DNA of 64,000 nt from assembly GCA_965215515.1 (NCBI GenBank), contig OZ244057.1, positions 608,001 through 672,000 on the forward strand. Reading direction: 5' to 3'. This document shows, one piece after another, positions 58,181 through 64,000 of this stretch; position 1 is the first letter of the stretch, and each line of letters opens with the position of its first letter. The notes below the pieces were generated by a model. That model searched no databases and was not told the DNA's origin. It saw nothing but the letters and a program-made list of their open reading frames with translations. The position numbers were made by a program, and so were the translations under genes. The stretch comes from Oligoflexales bacterium. GTDB lineage: Bacteria > Bdellovibrionota_B > Oligoflexia > Oligoflexales > JAPPIL01.

Positions 58181-59542
58181 CTACCTGCGCTCAGCACCTT
58201 GCATTTTGAGAGAGAGGCTATCGGAGTAGAACCAGCTGTAGGAGATGATCAGTGACGCGAGTTGGTGATCATCGTTAACTCCGAACACACACAGCGTTTG
58301 CAGACCTTCACGACGCAGCACTGCCGTGATCGGTTTTTGGAAACTGCTGACATTACCTGGGTAGCTTCTCTCTGTGCTAGGGCACAGTCCCTCATCGCGC
58401 AGAATGCGGTAGCGATAGCCAGCCAGAGTACGATCGGAGGTCGTCACGCCGATTTCTACCTCCCTAGCAGTCGAGGTTGGCTGCGGCAAGCCACGGCTCA
58501 GGGTAATGGTCGGGGTGTTAGTTTTCTGCCAGCTCTGTGTTAGCACAGTGCTACCCAAGCCCATGTCCTTGAAAAGGGCGGTGAAAATCGTCGCGAACAA
58601 CTCTTCGTTTTCGGTCAAGCTTTTCATTACCTCCAGAATACTTACCTTGAGGCGCTCGGCATTTACCTCACCTTCAGCGGACATAATTTCGTTGGTTAAC
58701 CCATGTAGGTTGGTGACCAATTGTACAAATTTTTCATCATCTTCAGGGATAACCAGCGCTCGCATCAGCTCTTCGTTAGCTAGCAAGACTGCTACGATCT
58801 CTTCTATTTTCTGCAAAGCTAAAGGTATATCGATGATCTGGGAGAGAATTTTACCCTCGTCATACTTCATCAGCTCAGCGACAAAGTCTTTCTGCCCCAA
58901 AATACCCGTGATAAGATTTTCTTCGAGCAGCACTTGGGCAAGAAAATCTCCCTCTTTCGCCAAGGTACTCATGATTGCCGCCATCAGGTTGCGGTTGACA
59001 CTCAAGTCGTAGAGCGCGTTGTTCACCTTAATGCGGGCAGCATTTTCAGCGTTTGCGTCCTGAGCTGCATCCAACTCACCGATTGCTGCAACCAACGCGG
59101 TAACTTGTGTCATCACCTGCGACATATCTACCCCGTCGGCTTTGAGTAAACCATCGACGACATTCTTGTTGGACAACAGACGCATCCCCGCTTCTTGCAG
59201 TTTGCGGGTGGTGACAGGATTTTCCGCCAGCTTTGCAAATAACCTGCTACCCTCCTTCTCCAAGACCCTGAGCATGAACATCTGCTGCCCTAGAAGGGCA
59301 GAAGTTAGGCGCTGCTGTTCGGGTGTCTGCGTAAAGGAGACAGAGTAGTGATGCCCATCGACATTACCTCCCGTCAAGCCGATGTTGATGCCGTCGCTAC
59401 CTGTGTCAGCAACGTACAAAGACACTGGCTGCGACCCACTACTCTGTGATTGTTTCACCTGTGGTGGTGGTTCAGCGCTGTCGATGTCGATTTTACAACC
59501 AGCTACCGCTGACAGCAAAAAAATAAAACCCAGGCCTTTCAT
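58181..59542 (-). CDS. Hypothetical lipoprotein
   Basis: AAAGGAG SD; lipobox VAGC; long helical region and a beta-rich C-terminal domain. Confidence 0.7.
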   Translation of the reverse strand: MKGLGFIFLLSAVAGCKIDIDSAEPPPQVKQSQSSGSQPVSLYVADTGSDGINIGLTGGNVDGHHYSVSFTQTPEQQRLTSALLGQQMFMLRVLEKEGSRLFAKLAENPVTTRKLQEAGMRLLSNKNVVDGLLKADGVDMSQVMTQVTALVAAIGELDAAQDANAENAARIKVNNALYDLSVNRNLMAAIMSTLAKEGDFLAQVLLEENLITGILGQKDFVAELMKYDEGKILSQIIDIPLALQKIEEIVAVLLANEELMRALVIPEDDEKFVQLVTNLHGLTNEIMSAEGEVNAERLKVSILEVMKSLTENEELFATIFTALFKDMGLGSTVLTQSWQKTNTPTITLSRGLPQPTSTAREVEIGVTTSDRTLAGYRYRILRDEGLCPSTERSYPGNVSSFQKPITAVLRREGLQTLCVFGVNDDHQLASLIISYSWFYSDSLSLKMQGAERR

Positions 59543-59745
59543 CGCTATATCTCCTTTCTCAAAATTCCAAAACCGCGAACCTACCCGCTCATCGACAAAT
59601 TATTTTTTTCGTTGAGCGAAAAATTGCAAGAAATAATTTCATTTAAATATTAGCATGTTATCCCTACAGAAGGAGATGTCTCGACCGTATTCTGCTGAAG
59701 CGAGCGGGTTTATCTGCCGACAGGGCAGGCAGCAGGCTGCTGAGG

Positions 59746-61989
59746 TTGAGGTGCATATCCTTGTTCACTAAAAAAAATGTAGAAATTCTTTTATTTTTAG
59801 GGGGATGGACGGCAGCCGTGCTGCTCTTCCGCCTCAGCCCCGCCGCACAGTTCGTCGAGCAAAAATTGCTACGCCCGTTTGAATTCAAGACCCGTGAGTT
59901 ACTCCATCTTGCGCCGCCTCTCGATAGCAGAATAAAGCTTCTTACCTATCGTGCTGATCGTTTATTTCCTTCTAATGCTGCGTTGCTCAAGGTTTTAAAA
60001 AAAATTGCCGCGCGCAATCCACGTTCTATCTACATCGATAATGTCTGGTCATTTTTCGCTCCTGGCAGGTCGTCGCTTTTTGCTCAGCAGCTGGCACAAC
60101 TGAGTGTTCCATTGGTCATCAGCAGTCGTATTTCTGAATTTGGCCGACAGGATAGCTTGATGTCTAGTATTGACAGTGAAAAATTTTCCAGCGGGGTCAG
60201 CGGCATCGGTCTCCCTTATCGGGTAGGGATCCCTTATTCACTGGCTAATCAAGCGGTACAGAATTTATCTCGTATCGGTCAGGACGAAAGTTACGCTCCA
60301 GGGTATGTGTATCCGATGTTGAGTTTTGGCTCACATCTGGCCACCTCTTCTTCGTTTGTTGTGCCGCATGTTGCTTTGCTGGTCACGGGCGGTGAATTGA
60401 CGGTGCGTGAGGGACAGGCTTGGCTTGACGGGCAGAGGATACCTACTGACAAGCGTGGTCTGGCTTTAGTTAATTTCCCTCGACGACAAGATTTACGGAC
60501 GCGTGACCATGATTTTGCCGATTTGCTGCTTGATTTTGAGCGTGATTTTCTCACCAGTATTACCGCTGCGGATGTTGTGGCAATTTTGCCTGAAGTACCG
60601 TTGAGCGCCGAGTCGGAACGACCCAGTTATATCGGCACGATCAAAAGTTCGTGGTTGTCGATCGCTTTCCTGAACAGTGTTATGACTCGTGCTTGGCTTA
60701 CGCCACTGCCGTTTGACAATCTTATCGCTGTTCTGTGTTGTCTCGCGGGTCTGTTAGCTGTCCGTGTGGTGCGGCGTAAAATTTTTTATGCACTTATCTA
60801 TATAGGTATCGCGTGGGGAGGGGTAACAAGCTTTGTCCTGCTCGATACTCTGACTACTTGGCCGTTATGGATAGCGGGTTTTTATCTCGGGGTACGTGCT
60901 GATTATTTTTTACAAGTATTCACCATAGTGGAAGAAAATTTTATCACGGGGAAACAAATAACGGCTCACGACCAGCCAGAAGAACAATTGATCAGTGTGA
61001 TGTTCATCGACATGGTTGGTTTTTCTATGTCTTCCGAAGATCTTACGCCGCGTTTGGCACTGAGACGTTTGAGTTCTAATATAACTTACCTCAAAGAAAA
61101 AATTTATTGTCATGGCGGCGAGATTAACAAAACCCTGGGCGACGGTTTGCTCGCTTATTTTGGCTATCCAGTGACCAACGCCAACCGTAACCATGCCGAG
61201 GCTGCACTTAGCTGTGCCATTGAAATTCAGCAAGACTGCTTACAACGCTGCGTCGCCAAAAACGATAACCTCTACACCTATCCGCTTCGTATCGGGATTA
61301 ATACCGACTTGGTGTATATTGGGGTAATAGGGGATGACCGTGGCATCTCATTGGTAGGCAGCGCGGTGGTTTTCGCCGCACGTCTGGAAGCTTCTTGTGA
61401 GCCGTTTAGAATAATGTTGGGCAGCACAACAAGAAAATTTTTAGGCGAAAATTTTCTCGCCAACCATGCTGGTTTAAATAGACGTTGGGTAAAGATAAAA
61501 CACTACGAAAAGCTTTTTGAGGCCTATGAATTTAATCCTTTTCACGCGGATCTAGCCAAACAGTCGATGGCTAAAAGATCATATCGCACCTATCTCAATC
61601 TCGATAAAGATCGCAATTATCGTCGCTGGCCTATTCCCGAGCGCACGGCGCTCACTATGTGCTGGGAAGATAATCGCGCTGCGATCATCAATGTTTCCAA
61701 CTGTGGCTTTGCCATTGAAACAAGCCGTTATCTTGCCAAGGGCGTGACTATTGAGGTTGTCATGCATTCTAACGTCGATTTAGTGGAATATAGTTTGCAA
61801 AAGTCAGGACTGCTACCTTTTCGTATCGAAGTAAAATGGGGACAACCTGTCGAAAGTAGTAAAAAATTCAAACAAGGGGTGCGAATCGTGAGTCTCAATC
61901 ACGAACAAGGCGAAACACTCCTCAACATCTGTCTCGGTGTCCTACCCGCAACGTCAACCCTCCCCCCCCCACAAGGCGTTGTTGCCTAA
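59746..61989 (+). CDS. Class III nucleotidyl cyclase with CHASE2-like sensor, TMs and C-terminal PilZ-like domain
   Basis: VMFIDMVGFS, KTLGDG, LRIGINT, AARLE; RNYRR...NVSNCG; start uncertain. Confidence 0.8.
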   Translation: MRCISLFTKKNVEILLFLGGWTAAVLLFRLSPAAQFVEQKLLRPFEFKTRELLHLAPPLDSRIKLLTYRADRLFPSNAALLKVLKKIAARNPRSIYIDNVWSFFAPGRSSLFAQQLAQLSVPLVISSRISEFGRQDSLMSSIDSEKFSSGVSGIGLPYRVGIPYSLANQAVQNLSRIGQDESYAPGYVYPMLSFGSHLATSSSFVVPHVALLVTGGELTVREGQAWLDGQRIPTDKRGLALVNFPRRQDLRTRDHDFADLLLDFERDFLTSITAADVVAILPEVPLSAESERPSYIGTIKSSWLSIAFLNSVMTRAWLTPLPFDNLIAVLCCLAGLLAVRVVRRKIFYALIYIGIAWGGVTSFVLLDTLTTWPLWIAGFYLGVRADYFLQVFTIVEENFITGKQITAHDQPEEQLISVMFIDMVGFSMSSEDLTPRLALRRLSSNITYLKEKIYCHGGEINKTLGDGLLAYFGYPVTNANRNHAEAALSCAIEIQQDCLQRCVAKNDNLYTYPLRIGINTDLVYIGVIGDDRGISLVGSAVVFAARLEASCEPFRIMLGSTTRKFLGENFLANHAGLNRRWVKIKHYEKLFEAYEFNPFHADLAKQSMAKRSYRTYLNLDKDRNYRRWPIPERTALTMCWEDNRAAIINVSNCGFAIETSRYLAKGVTIEVVMHSNVDLVEYSLQKSGLLPFRIEVKWGQPVESSKKFKQGVRIVSLNHEQGETLLNICLGVLPATSTLPPPQGVVA

Positions 61990-62055
61990 ATCGTTTTGCC
62001 AGCCGCAGCTGTGCTATGATAGAGTGGTGGCGTGTGTAGATGAGGTTCTAGGTAC

Positions 62056-63210
62056 ATGTCCTCTACAGATTTTCTTGACCTCGACACCCTGTTCACCGCG
62101 GAACAAAAAATGCTGCGCGCCTCCGTCAGGGATTTTGTGCAACGAGAAGTCGAGCCGCGGCTGGTGGCCTGCTGGCGGCGAGAAGTGTTTCCCCAGGAAA
62201 TTATCACAGGTTTAGGTAAGTTGGGTGTGTTGGGGGCGAATCTTCACGGTTATGGTTTGCCGAACGTGGACGACATCGCCTACGGTGCGGTAATGCGTGA
62301 GCTGGAGCGAGCCGATTCGGGACTGAGGAGCTTTGTCTCGGTGCAAGGCGCACTGGTCATGTACCCCATTCACGCCTTCGGCAGCGAGGCACAGAAACAA
62401 CGATGGCTGCCACAACTGCACAGGGGCAAGGTTATCGGCTGTTTTGGTCTGACCGAGCAACACGGTGGTTCTGATCCAGAAGCGATGCAGACGAAAGCGG
62501 TGGCACAGCCAGACGGTTATCTGCTCAACGGCGCGAAGATGTGGATTACCAACGGCAGCTCAGCACACATAGCCATCGTCTGGGCAAAACTGGACGAGCG
62601 AGTGCGCGGTTTCATCGTTCCCTGCGACAGCGAAGGTATGACCGTCAAAACGATGCGAGGCAAACTATCGCTGCGTGCTTCGGTAACTTCCGAGCTTTAT
62701 TTCGACAACGTGCACGTCGCTAAAGACAACATCCTACCGCATGCGGTAGGCATGAAGGCAGCACTGCACTGCCTTACCCAAGCTCGCTACGGGATTGCCT
62801 GGGGTGCGGTAGGTGCGGCGGAGGCCTGCTACGAAGAAACACTCGCCTATGTGCGGGAACGCCAGCTGTTCGGTTCCGCCTTGGCCAGCAAACAACTGGT
62901 ACAACGCAAACTCGCCCTGATGCTGACCACCATCACGCAGGCGCAACTGCTGGCTCTGCGTATCGGACAACTGAAGAACGCGGGACAGTTGCGTTTCGCA
63001 CAAGTCAGCATGGCCAAGCAGGCAAACGTAGCCGCGGCACTGCAAGTCGCCCGCACCTGCCGCGCGCTGCTCGGAGCAAACGGCATTATGGACGAATACA
63101 AAACGATGCGGCACATGTGCAATCTCGAAACCGTCGCCACCTACGAAGGCACTAGCGATATCCACCTGCTCATCCTCGGTCAGGACATCACAGGGCAGGC
63201 GGCTTTCTGA
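62056..63210 (+). CDS. Acyl-CoA dehydrogenase (glutaryl-CoA dehydrogenase-like)
   Basis: ELERADSGLRSFVSVQGALVMYPI, GCFGLTE..GGSDP, KMWITNG, LRASVT, TYEGT.DIH.LILG. Confidence 0.92.
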   Translation: MSSTDFLDLDTLFTAEQKMLRASVRDFVQREVEPRLVACWRREVFPQEIITGLGKLGVLGANLHGYGLPNVDDIAYGAVMRELERADSGLRSFVSVQGALVMYPIHAFGSEAQKQRWLPQLHRGKVIGCFGLTEQHGGSDPEAMQTKAVAQPDGYLLNGAKMWITNGSSAHIAIVWAKLDERVRGFIVPCDSEGMTVKTMRGKLSLRASVTSELYFDNVHVAKDNILPHAVGMKAALHCLTQARYGIAWGAVGAAEACYEETLAYVRERQLFGSALASKQLVQRKLALMLTTITQAQLLALRIGQLKNAGQLRFAQVSMAKQANVAAALQVARTCRALLGANGIMDEYKTMRHMCNLETVATYEGTSDIHLLILGQDITGQAAF

Positions 63211-63352
63211 AACTACCGTTTACACTCGCTAAAAAAACTTCTCGCGCACATAGCACCCCTGGGCCACGGCATTTCTGGCTCGCCCCCAGCTGTTAGTGAG
63301 AAGGAAATTGTCCCGCTACCGACGCAACTCAGCCTCAATCGGAACTAATGGG

Positions 63353-64000
63353 TCAGTGTCGCACGATGGATAGGGTGCGGGCGGTGTCGGCTGCGATCCA
63401 ACCCTTCTTGCCGTCGGATAGTTTAATTTGCAGGTAATCGTTGCCTTCCTGCTCAACGATGAACGGTGCTCCTTCGTGTAACACGAACAGCTTTGTATTA
63501 TCCTCGCTCGGCCCTGAACGGACGGGAACACGTGTCGCGATGACCGCTCCCCAGTGTTCGGCAAGCATCGCCTTTGCCTGCAGGAAAACCACCGACAGCA
63601 TGGCGATGGCCAGCAGCAGCACGCCGAGTTTTAATAAAAACACAATTTGACGGTAAAATAGCCAAACAGTCAGCAACAACAACCCGACCCCTAAGGCCAA
63701 GAGAGCGGTGAAACTCAACTCACGGGCGGTAACAAAATCGGTGATAAAACCCAGAGCATCGTAAAAACGCCGCGGCATCTCGACTCCCAGCTTATCGGCG
63801 ATGTTATCCTGTACATGGGCGAGATTGAATTTTACGTCCGCATCACGCGGTAGATAGTGTCGCGCGGCCAGCAAGGCAGCCATCGCTTCCCCTTTGCGCT
63901 GCAAACGATACCAAGCAATTCCCATATTGTAGTAGACATGCCCGTTGACGTGCCCGCTGGCGACGACCTCCTGATAAAGATCGAGAGCACGACGGTACGC
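63353..64000 (-). CDS. TPR + TM + SH3b protein (BatE-like), 5' end outside the window
   Basis: Frame is open to the window end (AYRRALDLYQEVV...VYYNMG); RSGPSED..KLFVLHEG, I.LSDG.KGWI. Confidence 0.8.
   Translation of the reverse strand, partial: AYRRALDLYQEVVASGHVNGHVYYNMGIAWYRLQRKGEAMAALLAARHYLPRDADVKFNLAHVQDNIADKLGVEMPRRFYDALGFITDFVTARELSFTALLALGVGLLLLTVWLFYRQIVFLLKLGVLLLAIAMLSVVFLQAKAMLAEHWGAVIATRVPVRSGPSEDNTKLFVLHEGAPFIVEQEGNDYLQIKLSDGKKGWIAADTARTLSIVRH

Overview
Bacterial genomic window with two parts. (1) 1-12,420 is the right portion of a comparatively AT-rich integrative conjugative element (ICE) that abuts the 3' end of tRNA-Ala(GGC). It carries an apparently intact virB2-B3-B4-B5-B6-B8-B9-B10-like mating-pair operon, an FtsK/TcpA-type ATPase where VirD4 would normally sit, a replication-relaxation-type relaxase, a lipoprotein, an uncalled Zn-finger ORF and a large serine recombinase. 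The ATPase and recombinase are broken, mostly at short inserted copies of one ~24-nt motif (GCTTGTTTGCCGCTTGCTAGCTCC-like). The same motif forms a perfect 29-bp tandem array about 40 kb away, upstream of lysC-lysA. (2) 12,494-64,000 is GC-richer host backbone: hflKC, dnaE, CDF transporter, argS, ABC exporter pair, rnj, livKHMGF, enoyl-CoA hydratase, lysC-lysA fusion, clpP, asnS, prlC, acyl-CoA dehydrogenase and a BatE-like gene. Accessory genes are interspersed: four tandem PKD + DUF285/BspA-type repeat surface proteins, a dockerin-like lipoprotein, an ~1,100-aa poly-HTH protein, a secreted degenerate trypsin-like protein with a TTWGxIK tail, and a cyclase-PilZ fusion. Taxonomy cannot be established from the sequence alone; the gene content is loosely suggestive of a Bdellovibrionota/Oligoflexia-like, possibly host-associated organism (inference). 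All family assignments come from reading motifs by eye; no database searches were run.
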